Position numbers and translations under genes: made by a program. A stretch of 64,000 bases of DNA, from NCBI GenBank assembly GCA_937982655.1, contig CALJLK010000407.1, positions 2,667 to 66,666 of the forward strand, written 5' to 3'. The stretch is from an uncultured Sandaracinus sp. (GTDB lineage: Bacteria > Myxococcota_A > Polyangia > Polyangiales > Houyiibacteriaceae). The notes beneath the pieces were generated by a model, which did not search any database, was not told where the DNA came from, and worked only from the letters and a program-made list of their open reading frames with translations. Positions within the stretch are counted from its first letter, which is position 1. The number at the start of each line of letters is the position of its first letter. This document shows positions 17,201-25,677 of this stretch, one piece after another.

Positions 17201-18554
17201 CGCGCGACATGCCGCAGCTCGCCGCCACCGGCACGAGCGCGTCCTGCGACATGCTCTGCAGCGCCTCGCTCGCGTCGATCGCGAGGCGCGTCGCCTTGAG
17301 CGGATCGTTCACGGACGCCTTGCCGAGCCCGACGATGAAACGAAAACGTCCGCGTCCGAGCCCGTCCGGCCACGAGAGCACCGCGTCGTTCTTGTAGGCG
17401 ATCGACTCGAGCACCTTCACCGTCTCGTCGTCGCAGGAGACCTCGCCGGACTTCGTGTCCTCGCCGCTCGTGCCCGACGTGCCGGTCGCAGCGCCCTCCG
17501 CGCGCAGGCGGCTCGCCACGATCACCACGCGCCGACGCTCGCGCAGCTCGCGCGCCTCGACGTCCGAGAGCAGCGTCGCACCCGCCGCGAGATCCGAGAC
17601 CCCACCGCGTCGCGCCTCCGGGCTCGTGGCCTCGCGCGGCGCGATCTCGTGGATGAACGTCTCGAGCCCCTCGCCGTCCCACACCTGCTCTTCGGTGTGG
17701 AGGAACTGCGTGAGCGCGCCCGACATGATGCGCGCGCTCGCGTAGCGGTCGTCGCGATCGGGCGCGGTCGCGCGCCGCACGATGCGCTCGAGCCCCCGCG
17801 GCACGTTCGGATCGACCTGGCTCGGCAGCGTGAGCTCCGCCGCGCGTACCTTCTCGAGCACGTCGAGGCCATGGATGCCCGGATACATCGGGCGCCCCAT
17901 CAGGAGCTCCGCGAGCACCACCCCGAGCGAGTACACGTCGCTGCGCGCGTCGACGCGTTCACCCCGCGCCTGCTCGGGCGACATGTAGCTGAACTTGCCT
18001 TTGATGACGCCGGTCTCCTCCGTGACCATGCGCGCCTTCGCGATGCCGAAGTCGCCGACCTTCACGACGCCGTCGTAGGTCAGCAGCACGTTCTGCGGGC
18101 TCACGTCGCGGTGCACGATCTCCATCGGCACGCCCGCCTCGTCCTTGCGCTGGTGGGCGTAGTGCAGTCCCTTGGCGATCTCCTGCGCGAGGAACGCGCA
18201 GAGCCCGAACGGCAGGCGCTTTCCGCTGCGACGCGTGGCCGCGACGAGGCGCCCGAGATCGAGCCCGTCGACGAGCTCCATCGCGAGGAGGAACTCGCGC
18301 CCGACCTGCTCGAACGCGTAGACCTGCACGATGTTCGGGTGGTTGAGGCGCATCGCGACCTTCGCCTCGTCGACGAACATCGAGATGAACTTCGCGGAGC
18401 GCGCGAACGACGGCAGCACGCGCTTGAGCACCAGCAGCTTCTCGATGCCCTCGGCGCCGGTCGACTTCGCGAGGAAGACCTCGGCCATGCCGCCGGTGCC
18501 GAGGCGTCGGAGAATGCGGTAACGACCGAGCTGCTCGGGGAGGTCGTCGGACAT
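14283..18554 (-). CDS. Ser/Thr protein kinase fused to cyclase-homology-like domain, AAA (P-loop) ATPase and TPR repeats
   Basis: Track ORF 14283..18674- trimmed to ATG 18554 (MSDDLPEQLGRYRILRRLGTGGMAEVFLAK). Kinase motifs are HRDVSPQNVLL, DFGIAK and SYMSPEQ. A class-III-cyclase-like segment follows (RRVVIVASRL...VGNVLEVAERLADAAPRSEVLVSGE), then the P-loop VVGPLGVGKTSLV and a long TPR-like C-terminus. Confidence 0.9.
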   Translation of the reverse strand: MSDDLPEQLGRYRILRRLGTGGMAEVFLAKSTGAEGIEKLLVLKRVLPSFARSAKFISMFVDEAKVAMRLNHPNIVQVYAFEQVGREFLLAMELVDGLDLGRLVAATRRSGKRLPFGLCAFLAQEIAKGLHYAHQRKDEAGVPMEIVHRDVSPQNVLLTYDGVVKVGDFGIAKARMVTEETGVIKGKFSYMSPEQARGERVDARSDVYSLGVVLAELLMGRPMYPGIHGLDVLEKVRAAELTLPSQVDPNVPRGLERIVRRATAPDRDDRYASARIMSGALTQFLHTEEQVWDGEGLETFIHEIAPREATSPEARRGGVSDLAAGATLLSDVEARELRERRRVVIVASRLRAEGAATGTSGTSGEDTKSGEVSCDDETVKVLESIAYKNDAVLSWPDGLGRGRFRFIVGLGKASVNDPLKATRLAIDASEALQSMSQDALVPVAASCGMSRGIVSVVRDPNGRLLRYAPVGNVLEVAERLADAAPRSEVLVSGEIHRLIRRDFAFEEEEVREVDVRTEHGSAPRAIKAWLLRGARTQREREAARAVEAMDLVGRDDELEMLGRLYAEIGDARRTQFAAVVGPLGVGKTSLVRRAIASFDPAPTVLRAECGYGGADVPFGAVTALIQSALGDDDGPEAQLARLEELLGRAVRARSARRDDVARLVHAVRPLFGLAEPVREGEGDRSGMIRRALELLVSVLAHDAPVVVWLDALQWADGPSLELLGQMRQRTYDARCLVVMASRSLPSGGIDERLMPVFRSVPWIELKELAPEATRTLVRARFGAQVPEDVLHLVENRAGGNPFFVVELVDALLERQVVRVEGKGPDRRIVRKPGVPIALPTTLEGVVAARLDELGDRERQTLRWLAVAGSGLKVDDLTTLMGVDTTEALGTLEKRGLVHVGEGGGFAFPNAVVRQVAYEATDLDDRSRIHRRIAQHLAAHAAPVGVGRVARHLEQAGERSAAAKAYLEAATAALAVYSNRDALRFYGKALELLSPEEHDARFSAHEGREQILRFLGRPHEQLRELEAMRALAERGGGPRRRAVALLRMARFDLDNARTGEVDELVPQALASARAAGDPKLEIDGLRLEAELARDRGEPDRGLEACRVALERAGTTRELLSSRAAILVQKGILLRRLGRSDEAFEAYAEAIVIFRRLGIRRNEAFALNSLGVALAANGAYEDAITAFRASIHIDRETGDRLRLGRKLSNVGQLYDALGDTRRGLSFVKRALDVFEAVDDKAGRCDAYAAEAEMMLDEGSPPASAALPLDQARRIAERLSSNYEIARERIVRARLERLAGDAERAKSAAREALEAARAERLVSYEVHALAELAAAHALAEDRQDALTRAREARERLAGIDVERPEKVYRLLAELFASLGEEADAQELFDEAYELLDAKARSIRSDTTRARFLDSRDVRAIREGARA

Positions 18555-18660
18555 CGGACGCGGGATCGTACCCGAAGCGCGGGGCGATCGCGCGTCTCGC
18601 GAACGCCCGACACGAACGTTCGAAGCCGACCAGCAGCACGCAAGTTGATATGCTCTCCGC

Positions 18661-19110
18661 GTGAGCTTCGACATCGACGACGCGACCGCCGCGAGCCTGC
18701 CGCCCTTCGTGGAGGTCGAGATGGTCTATCAGACCGGCCACGCGGGCATGGACACCGCGCCGTGGCGCGCGCTCGAGATCTGGACGCGCAACCGCATCTA
18801 CGGCTGCGACTGGAGCATGCGCTGCATCGACGTGCTCGACCGCGAATCCGGTCGCGCCGACGGCGACAGCTCGCTGCTCGGCGCGCGGCTCGCGGGCGGT
18901 CAGCTCCACACCGAAGAGGGCATCGAGGTCACGCACCCCTGGCCACGTCCGGGCTCCGAAGCCGTCTTCGAGCACGCCGCGCGCAAGGGCTACGTCACGA
19001 CCTCGACCGTCACGCGCGTGATCTTGCGAATGCGCGTGCTGACCGTGCCGCAGCAGAAGATCGAGCCGACCTGGGACGATCTGACGATGTCGAAGCGGCG
19101 CGGGAGCTGA
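18661..19110 (+). CDS. hypothetical protein
   Basis: Track ORF of 149 aa with a GTG start. GC3 is strongly biased throughout, and composition is balanced (W, Y, C, H present). Divergent from the kinase gene across a 106-bp spacer. I recognise no motif. Confidence 0.6.
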   Translation: MSFDIDDATAASLPPFVEVEMVYQTGHAGMDTAPWRALEIWTRNRIYGCDWSMRCIDVLDRESGRADGDSSLLGARLAGGQLHTEEGIEVTHPWPRPGSEAVFEHAARKGYVTTSTVTRVILRMRVLTVPQQKIEPTWDDLTMSKRRGS

Positions 19111-19224
19111 GCGAAGCGCTCCGCGAGGGAGCCCGGGACGAGCTGGCGTCTCGCTCTCCCGCGTCGCTCGTCACCGCGTCGGCGGCTTCTCACCCCCGAG
19201 GGCTCCGAGCACCGCGGCTCCGCT

Positions 19225-21402
19225 TCACTCGATCGCGCGCAGGTCCGCGCGATCCTCGCCGCGCGAGAACACCGGCGGCGATCCGATCGGCGCGTCCACC
19301 GTGATCTCCTGCCCCCCCTCGTACGACTCGCCGGTCCAGACGTGGAACCAGGTGCCGGGCGGCAGGTAGAGCGTCCGCGTGGTCGCGCCGGGCTCGATCA
19401 CCGGCGCCACGTAGAGCGCGTCGCCGATCATCATCTCGTGGCTCACGTCCCAGCTCGCGCGGTCCTCCGGGAAGACCAGCATCGGGTGCCGCAAGATCGG
19501 CGCGCCCGTGCTTTGCGACTCGTCGGCGAGCTCGCGGAAGAGCGGCGCGAGCGCCTGGTGGACGCGCGCGAAACGGCGGAAGTGCGCGATGGTCTCGGCG
19601 TTGGAGCTCCAGGTCCAGTTCTCCATCTTCTTGTTGCCGTCGTGCGTGCGGAAGATCGGCGTGAACGCGCCGAGCTCCGTCCAGCGCTGGAAGAGCTCCT
19701 GATCGCTCGGTCCGCCCGAGAAGCCCGCGACGTCGTGGGTCACGTTCGGCTGCCCGGAGAGGCCGAGGTTCAAGAGCGCGGGCACCACCGTGGGCAGTCC
19801 GTCGTGCTCCGACCACGTCGCCTCTTGGTCGCCGACCCAGTGGATCTGCGCGACGCCCTGCACGCCTGTCCATCCGGCGCGCGCGAAGAACGCGTAGTCG
19901 CCGTCCGGTCGCGCCTCGTCGAGCACCTCGCGCGCCATGCGCTGCCACTCGATCGGGTAGCGGTTGTGGTAGCCGATCGGATCGCTGCCGTCGCTCATGA
20001 CGGCATCGAGCGGGTTCCACTCCGAGAAGTCGTGCATCCAGCCGTCGATGCCGAAGTCGTCGACCATCGCGCGCAACGCGTCTTGCACGTACGCCACCGC
20101 GGCCGGATTCGTCAGATCGGGATGACCCGCCATCAGCGTGGGCGAGTTGGGCGCGGTGAAGCGGTAGCTCGCGCCCATCGGGTCGCGCACGAGGAGGCCC
20201 GCCGCTTCCATGGCGTCGAAGTGATTCGGCAACGACGGATCCACGAACGGGTTCGCGTAGGCGAGGAACTTCTTGCCGTCCGCGTGCAGGTCTTCGATGA
20301 ATTCTCGGAGCGTCGGGTAGAGCTCTTCGTCCGCTTCCCAGCGGTACTCCACGCCGAATCCGCCGTCGACGTTTCGCCGAATCCCCGTCCAATCCTGCAC
20401 CCAGAGCGCGCTCCACGGCACGTCGTGCTCGGCGAGATCGGCGACCTCCTGCTCGATCGACGCCTGGCCGCCCTGGCTCGCGATCCAGGTCCCGAACGCC
20501 CACTCCGGCATCGGCGCGGGGCGACCGACGACGTCGCCGAGCTGGCGCACCACGTCGAGCGGCGTCGGGCCGTGGAAGACCACCCACTCGATCGGCTCCG
20601 CGGTCACGACCTCGACGAACGCCACACCGGAGTCCTCGAAGTCGACCCCCTCCGCGTCGCCGTCCTCGTCGGGGACGCAGAGGCTCACGTTCACGCGTTG
20701 ATCGGTGGTGAAGAGCACCCCGTGACCACGCGCGTCGAGCCAGTACGGCATCGGAAAATACGTCGTGTGATCGTTGCCCGCGACGGGGAAGAACCCTCCC
20801 GGTTCGCGGCCGATGCCTTGTTCGGACACGAACAGACCGAAGGCCTCACCGCGCTGGTTGGTGGCGTTGTATTGCTCACCGAAGCCGTGGAAGGTCGCGT
20901 CGGATTCGCAGAGCACCGGCACCGCGACCGACGTCACCTCGGCGGTCTCGCCGAGCAGCTCGAGGCGGAATGCGGTGCGGTCGGGCCCGTCCTCGCGCAC
21001 GTGGAGGCGCGCCGAGAACGACGTGTCGGTGCTCGGCGGGCCGGGGTCGTACGCGAAGCCGATGACGAGCGTTCCGTCCGCGTCGAGCCGCGGCTCGCCG
21101 ACCGCATCGAGCCGCACCCGCTTGGGCACCGGGTCGCCCGCCGCGTCGGTGCGCGTGCGCTCGCGGAAGCTCCAGATCGCGAGGGGCCCGTTGGCCTCGA
21201 CGTCGTAGCGCGAGACGATCGGACCCTCGAAGGGCGGGATCACGAAGGGCCGTCGACCGTCGGGGAGCTCGAGCGCGACCTGTCCGTCCCAGCTCACGAC
21301 GACCGCGCGACCGTCGGCGAAGCGGAACGTGCGAGGCTTGGGCTCGGGCTTGGAGCACGCGAAGAGGGCGGTGAGCGCGAGAAGGAGCGAGACGCGGGAC
21401 AT
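19225..21402 (-). CDS. glycoside hydrolase family 31 lipoprotein (alpha-glucosidase/xylosidase-like)
   Basis: Track ORF of 725 aa. Lipobox MSRVSLLLALTALFACSK. GH31-like blocks are LWVQDWTG, FGIDGWMHDFSEW, FARAGWTGVQ, HWVGDQEATW and FRTHDGN. Confidence 0.85.
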   Translation of the reverse strand: MSRVSLLLALTALFACSKPEPKPRTFRFADGRAVVVSWDGQVALELPDGRRPFVIPPFEGPIVSRYDVEANGPLAIWSFRERTRTDAAGDPVPKRVRLDAVGEPRLDADGTLVIGFAYDPGPPSTDTSFSARLHVREDGPDRTAFRLELLGETAEVTSVAVPVLCESDATFHGFGEQYNATNQRGEAFGLFVSEQGIGREPGGFFPVAGNDHTTYFPMPYWLDARGHGVLFTTDQRVNVSLCVPDEDGDAEGVDFEDSGVAFVEVVTAEPIEWVVFHGPTPLDVVRQLGDVVGRPAPMPEWAFGTWIASQGGQASIEQEVADLAEHDVPWSALWVQDWTGIRRNVDGGFGVEYRWEADEELYPTLREFIEDLHADGKKFLAYANPFVDPSLPNHFDAMEAAGLLVRDPMGASYRFTAPNSPTLMAGHPDLTNPAAVAYVQDALRAMVDDFGIDGWMHDFSEWNPLDAVMSDGSDPIGYHNRYPIEWQRMAREVLDEARPDGDYAFFARAGWTGVQGVAQIHWVGDQEATWSEHDGLPTVVPALLNLGLSGQPNVTHDVAGFSGGPSDQELFQRWTELGAFTPIFRTHDGNKKMENWTWSSNAETIAHFRRFARVHQALAPLFRELADESQSTGAPILRHPMLVFPEDRASWDVSHEMMIGDALYVAPVIEPGATTRTLYLPPGTWFHVWTGESYEGGQEITVDAPIGSPPVFSRGEDRADLRAIE

Positions 21403-21424
21403 GGCCCGCGGACCATAGCAGCGC

Positions 21425-22063
21425 TCAACCCTCGTAGCGGCTGCGTCCGTCGCCTTCGACGTACTGCTTGAGCGTCCACGGGATCTTCAAGATCCACTCG
21501 TGCAGCGTCGGACGCACGAGGCCGCTCAGGAGCCCGTCACCGACGTCGACCATCGCGCCGAAGCTCAGCAGGGTCTGGTTCTCGCCCCAGCGACGCACGC
21601 GCATGAAGCCCCAGCCCGCGCGGATCGTGTGTGGGTGCGACTCGTCGAGCTGGAAGAGGACTGCCTTCTGCTGGTCGTCGTATTGGAAGCGCATCGCGTA
21701 GGTCGCGCGCACGACACCCACGCGATGCTCGAAGTGCATCACGCGCAGGTTCTCTTCTTCGCGGATCTGCCGCGCGGAGTGCACCTGCGGGAGCATGCGG
21801 CGCAGGTGCTCGGGCTCGTCGTGGAGCGCGCGCCACACCGCGCGTGGCGGCAGGTCGACCACCTGGAAGCTCGTGCCGCCGATCAGCGTGAGCGGGCCGC
21901 GACGTTCGCGGACGCGACGCAGCACGATCGAGCCGCGGTCGAGCTGCGCACGCTCCGACTCGGTGAGCGCGGAGCGGATGGCGATCGGCTGTGCGGACGA
22001 CGGCCACGCCGAAAGCGCGGCGAGCAACACCGCGAGGGTGAGCGCCGGGGGGCCGATCCGCAT
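21425..22063 (-). CDS. secreted SRPBCC (START/polyketide-cyclase-like) family protein
   Basis: Last 212 aa of track ORF 21425..22636-. ATG 22063 is preceded by GAGGAG. Signal peptide MRIGPPALTLAVLLAALSAWPSSAQP. The mature region resembles SRPBCC ligand-binding folds (recalled, not motif-proven). Confidence 0.65.
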   Translation of the reverse strand: MRIGPPALTLAVLLAALSAWPSSAQPIAIRSALTESERAQLDRGSIVLRRVRERRGPLTLIGGTSFQVVDLPPRAVWRALHDEPEHLRRMLPQVHSARQIREEENLRVMHFEHRVGVVRATYAMRFQYDDQQKAVLFQLDESHPHTIRAGWGFMRVRRWGENQTLLSFGAMVDVGDGLLSGLVRPTLHEWILKIPWTLKQYVEGDGRSRYEG

Positions 22064-22433
22064 GACTCCTCGATGTAGCAGCCGTGGAACGTGCGTCGAG
22101 GCCCGAAACATGGGGCGTCGGACGGGGCGCGTGGGGATTTGCTTCAGAATCACGATGAAATCCGGAAAGAACGGAAAAGCACACGAGGCAGACCGCCCCT
22201 GTCGCCGAGGCGGCCACGGGATCGGATCGGAGTGAGCCTTCGGTGCAGCCCGGGAGCGATCCGCCGCGTGAGCGCCATCCGGCGACCCAAGCGTTCGGAA
22301 GAGCACGGCGGGGTTCGTGGCTGCGAACCACGAACTCGGGTCATCGCGACCGCGGCGACGATCGAGGACGCGCCCCCGCGCGACGTCGATCTGCGGTTCC
22401 CGACGCGCGGACGCTGCATGTACCATCGACGCG

Positions 22434-23891
22434 ATGAGCGACGCGCTCGTACGCATCGTGGCAGCCGGCGACACGCACATCGGGCTGCGAGAGCACAACG
22501 AGGACGCGATCCTCCTGCGGCGTGAGCTGGAGCTGTACGCGCTCGCGGACGGCGCCGGCGGCGAGAACGCGGGCAACGTCGCGAGCAACCTCGCGCTCAC
22601 GACCATCGCGCATCGCTTCGAGGAGACGCAGAACAAGGAGCGTCCCGACTTCGACGTGCTCGGGCTCCCCTCGGGCGCGCGGCGCCTCTCGGCGGCGGTG
22701 CACCGCGCGAACGCGGAGATCGTGCAGCTCGCGCAGGCTTCGCACCGTTACCAGGGCATGGGCACCACCGTGGTGGCGGCGTACGTCGAGCCGGCGCGCG
22801 CGATCATGCACCTCGCGCACGTGGGCGACAGCCGCTGCTACCGGTTGCGCGCGGGCTTCGTGGAGCTGCTCACGCAGGATCACAGCCTGCTCAACGACGT
22901 GCTCGAGCTCGCGCCCGAGCTGCCGGAAGCGAACGCGAAGAAGCTGCCGACGCGCGTGGTGACGCGCGCGCTCGGGATGGAGCGCGTGGTGCGGGTGAGC
23001 GTGCAGTCGCTCGGGCTCGCGCCGGGCGATCGTTACCTGCTCTGCAGCGACGGGCTCACCGACCAACTCGAAGAGGAGCAGATCGCGGACGCGCTGCGGC
23101 AGGAGCTGCGGCCGGACGCGCTCGTGAAGCTCTTGCTCGACGTCTCCCACGCGGCGAAGGCACGCGACAACGTCGCGGTCGTGGTGCTCGACGTGCACGC
23201 GGTCGGCGCGAGTGACTATCCACAACCGGCGCTCCGCGGTCCGCGGGGCGCGGTCAGCGATTCGGATCCGGAGATCGTGATCCTCGGCAGCGAGCCGCCC
23301 GACCGTGGGCGATCCGAGCGTGCGGCGCTCTACTCCGGCGAGACCGACGTCAGCGCCGAAGACGACGGTGGTGACGACGACCCCGACCTCGACGCCGAGC
23401 CCGCGCGCCCGTCGGATCGCCCTTCGTCCGCCCCCCCCGAAGGCGAAGAGAGTGAAGGCGACGACGTCGACGAGGAGGTCGTCCTCGAAGCCGACAGCAT
23501 CCCTCCCGAGCGCATCTCGGCGATCTCGTCCGCGCGCTTCAAGCGACCGAAGGCGAGCGCGCCACCGCAGACGACCGCCAAGCCGGTGCGACCGCCCGCG
23601 TACGTGCCGCCGGATCCTTCGGGAAAGCCAGAGGGTTCGTGGTCGGAGCCCGCACCGGCGCTCCAGCTCGACGAAGAAGAAGACGCTGGCACCACCAGCC
23701 AATGGCCGGCCGTGAAGATCGTGCCGGCCGCGCCCGGCAAGGCGGAGGAGCTGAAGGTCCTGCTCCACGAGCTGCCAGAGCCACGCGACGAGCGGGATCC
23801 GACGATCCGCTTCCGGCGTCGGTGCCGCCACTGCAACGCGCTCTTCGATGGCCCCGCGGACGTGTGCCCGTTCTGCTGGAAAGCGGACTGA
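22434..23891 (+). CDS. PP2C-family Ser/Thr phosphatase with acidic disordered tail and C-terminal zinc ribbon
   Basis: Track ORF 22317..23891 trimmed to ATG 22434. Contains GLREHNEDA, LADGAGG, GMGTTVV, HVGDSRCY, LCSDGLTD and DNVAVVV (PP2C motifs). The protein ends RCRHCNALFDGPADVCPFCW. Confidence 0.85.
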   Translation: MSDALVRIVAAGDTHIGLREHNEDAILLRRELELYALADGAGGENAGNVASNLALTTIAHRFEETQNKERPDFDVLGLPSGARRLSAAVHRANAEIVQLAQASHRYQGMGTTVVAAYVEPARAIMHLAHVGDSRCYRLRAGFVELLTQDHSLLNDVLELAPELPEANAKKLPTRVVTRALGMERVVRVSVQSLGLAPGDRYLLCSDGLTDQLEEEQIADALRQELRPDALVKLLLDVSHAAKARDNVAVVVLDVHAVGASDYPQPALRGPRGAVSDSDPEIVILGSEPPDRGRSERAALYSGETDVSAEDDGGDDDPDLDAEPARPSDRPSSAPPEGEESEGDDVDEEVVLEADSIPPERISAISSARFKRPKASAPPQTTAKPVRPPAYVPPDPSGKPEGSWSEPAPALQLDEEEDAGTTSQWPAVKIVPAAPGKAEELKVLLHELPEPRDERDPTIRFRRRCRHCNALFDGPADVCPFCWKAD

Positions 23892-23909
23892 ACGCGCGAG
23901 CTCGCAGGA

Positions 23910-24683
23910 TCACCCGCGACGGCGCCGAAGCGCGACGAGCACCGTCGCGACGAGCGCGAGCTCTCCCGACGCGTGGCCCCTGGGGGCGCGGCCCACCCGA
24001 CACGAGCAGCCGCCGCTGACCGCCTCGTGCTCGTGACCTCCGGCGTCGCGGCCTCCCGCGTCGCGCGTCCCCGCGTCGCGCGTCCCGCCGTCGATCGACG
24101 TCCCCGCGTCGATCGCGACGCCCGCATCGATCGCCACGCCCGCGTCGGTGCCCGCGCGTGGCACGAGCACGAGGTCCGCGCACTGGTAGTAGTTGTCGTT
24201 GCCGCCGATCGTGTACGGCCGCTTGTCGTACATCACCTGGATCACCTGCAGCGTGCAGCGATCGCAGACCACGTCCGGCAGCGTGACGGTGATCGTCTGC
24301 TCCCGCGCGGGATCGTCGACCACGTGGTCGAGCAGTACGATCGCGGGATCGCCCGGTGCGAACACCGGATCGGGGCCGCTCGTCTCGCAGTTCTCGACGC
24401 AGACCGGGTCCGCGAAGTCGTCGTGTCCGTCGACGTCGAACGCCACGCGGTAGTGGCTCGGGTGATCGATGTACGCCTCGATCACGATCTCGATCGTCTG
24501 CCCCGCCTCGAAGGTCGTCACCGCCGAGCCGCGCACGCTCCCGGCCGCGCCGCACGGGGCGTCCTTGAGCTCCTCGCCGCCATCGCGTGCCGCGGGCGCC
24601 ACGAGGTGAAGGTGTGCGTGCGCGGGCGAGGCGAGACACCACGTCACGAGACACGACGCGAACGGGACGAGCGCGATCCGCAT
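23910..24683 (-). CDS. secreted LPMO-like (N-terminal His after signal cleavage) protein with MYXO-CTERM anchor
   Basis: Track ORF 23910..24770- trimmed to ATG 24683. Signal MRIALVPFASCLVTWCLASPAHA, then a mature N-terminus HLHLVAPAARDGG. Six Cys in the globular domain. DAGVAIDAGVAIDAGTSIDGGTRDAGTRDAGGRDAGG linker. The terminal GGCSCRVG...LALVATVLVALRRRRG is a MYXO-CTERM-type sorting signal. Confidence 0.75.
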   Translation of the reverse strand: MRIALVPFASCLVTWCLASPAHAHLHLVAPAARDGGEELKDAPCGAAGSVRGSAVTTFEAGQTIEIVIEAYIDHPSHYRVAFDVDGHDDFADPVCVENCETSGPDPVFAPGDPAIVLLDHVVDDPAREQTITVTLPDVVCDRCTLQVIQVMYDKRPYTIGGNDNYYQCADLVLVPRAGTDAGVAIDAGVAIDAGTSIDGGTRDAGTRDAGGRDAGGHEHEAVSGGCSCRVGRAPRGHASGELALVATVLVALRRRRG

Positions 24684-24759
24684 ACCGAGAGAGTACCAGC
24701 GCTCGGGGACCGAGCGCGTCACCGCCGCTGCGCGGACGAAGCTGCTACCTTGGCGCGCG

Positions 24760-25677
24760 ATGAGCCCCACTGGCGTCGGTCTCGGTCTTCGCGCGGCGAT
24801 GGCGCGCGAGTTTCTCGCTCGGATCCCCGACGAGGTCGCGTTCGTCGAGGTGCACCCGGAGAACTACGTCGGACGCGGCGGCCTCTACCGGCGCAACCTC
24901 GATCGCGCGCGCGATCGTTATCCGGTGCTCACCCACGGGCTCACGCTCGGCTTCGGCAGCACCGAGCCCTTCGATCGTGCGTTCCTCGCAGACGTGCGCG
25001 CCTTCCTCGATTCGGTGAACGCGCCTTGGCACAGCGATCACCTCTGCTTCGGCGGGGCGGGCGACGCGTTCGTGCACGATCTCCTGCCGATCCCGTTCAC
25101 GGATGAGTCGGTGAAGACCGCGGCGCGACGCATCACCGAGATGCGCGACGCGCTCGATCGGCCAGTCGCGTTCGAGAACCTCTCCTACTACGTGCCGCTC
25201 GCGAAGGATCCGCTCGACGAGGCGCGGTTCTGCGTCGAGGTCGCCGAGCACGCGGACTGCGCGATCATGCTCGACGTCAACAACGTCTTCGTGAACAGCC
25301 GGAACTTCGGCTTCGATCCGCGGAAGTGGATCGACCTCGTGCCCGCGCATCGCGTGGTGCAGATGCACGTCGCCGGACACCTCGTGCGCCCCGACGGGTT
25401 GCGCATCGACACCCACGGCGAGCCCGTCCCCGACGGCGTGTACGAGCTGCTCGACTACACGCTGCGCAAGCTCGGGCCGCGGCCGGTGCTGCTCGAGCGC
25501 GACAACGACATCCCGTCGCTGGACGAGCTGCTCGCGGAGGTTCGGCGTTTGAACGAAGTGTACGCGGCGGCGACGAGCGCGGGTGTTTCGAGCGTTCCGT
25601 CTACGACCACGACCACGTCCACGTCCACGACCACGACCGCGTCCACTTCTTCTTCTCACGCGGAGGTCGCGAAGTGA
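24760..25677 (+). CDS. DUF692 / multinuclear non-heme iron oxidase (MNIO; MbnB/TglH/BufB/HvfB family)
   Basis: Track ORF of 305 aa. GVGLGLR...EVAFVEVHPENY, LTHGLTLGFGS, WHSDHLCF, FENLSYY, MLDVNNVFVNSRNFGFD, MHVAGH and VLLERDN are the characteristic TIM-barrel blocks of DUF692 proteins. There is an unusual Thr/Ser-rich C-terminal tail. Confidence 0.9.
   Translation: MSPTGVGLGLRAAMAREFLARIPDEVAFVEVHPENYVGRGGLYRRNLDRARDRYPVLTHGLTLGFGSTEPFDRAFLADVRAFLDSVNAPWHSDHLCFGGAGDAFVHDLLPIPFTDESVKTAARRITEMRDALDRPVAFENLSYYVPLAKDPLDEARFCVEVAEHADCAIMLDVNNVFVNSRNFGFDPRKWIDLVPAHRVVQMHVAGHLVRPDGLRIDTHGEPVPDGVYELLDYTLRKLGPRPVLLERDNDIPSLDELLAEVRRLNEVYAAATSAGVSSVPSTTTTTSTSTTTTASTSSSHAEVAK

Noticed and set aside
14556-19304. 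A 1,582-aa plus-strand ORF, the longest in the window.
   Set aside because: It is exactly antisense to the motif-rich kinase gene. Its composition is dominated by Arg/Ala/Glu/His with no recognisable motif. This is a classic high-GC shadow ORF.
24040-24150. Imperfect tandem DNA repeats (cgcgtcgcgcgtccc / gtcgatcg...), considered as a possible non-coding repeat array.
   Set aside because: They lie inside the LPMO-like CDS. They simply encode the DAGVAIDAG/TRDAG linker typical of myxobacterial secreted proteins.
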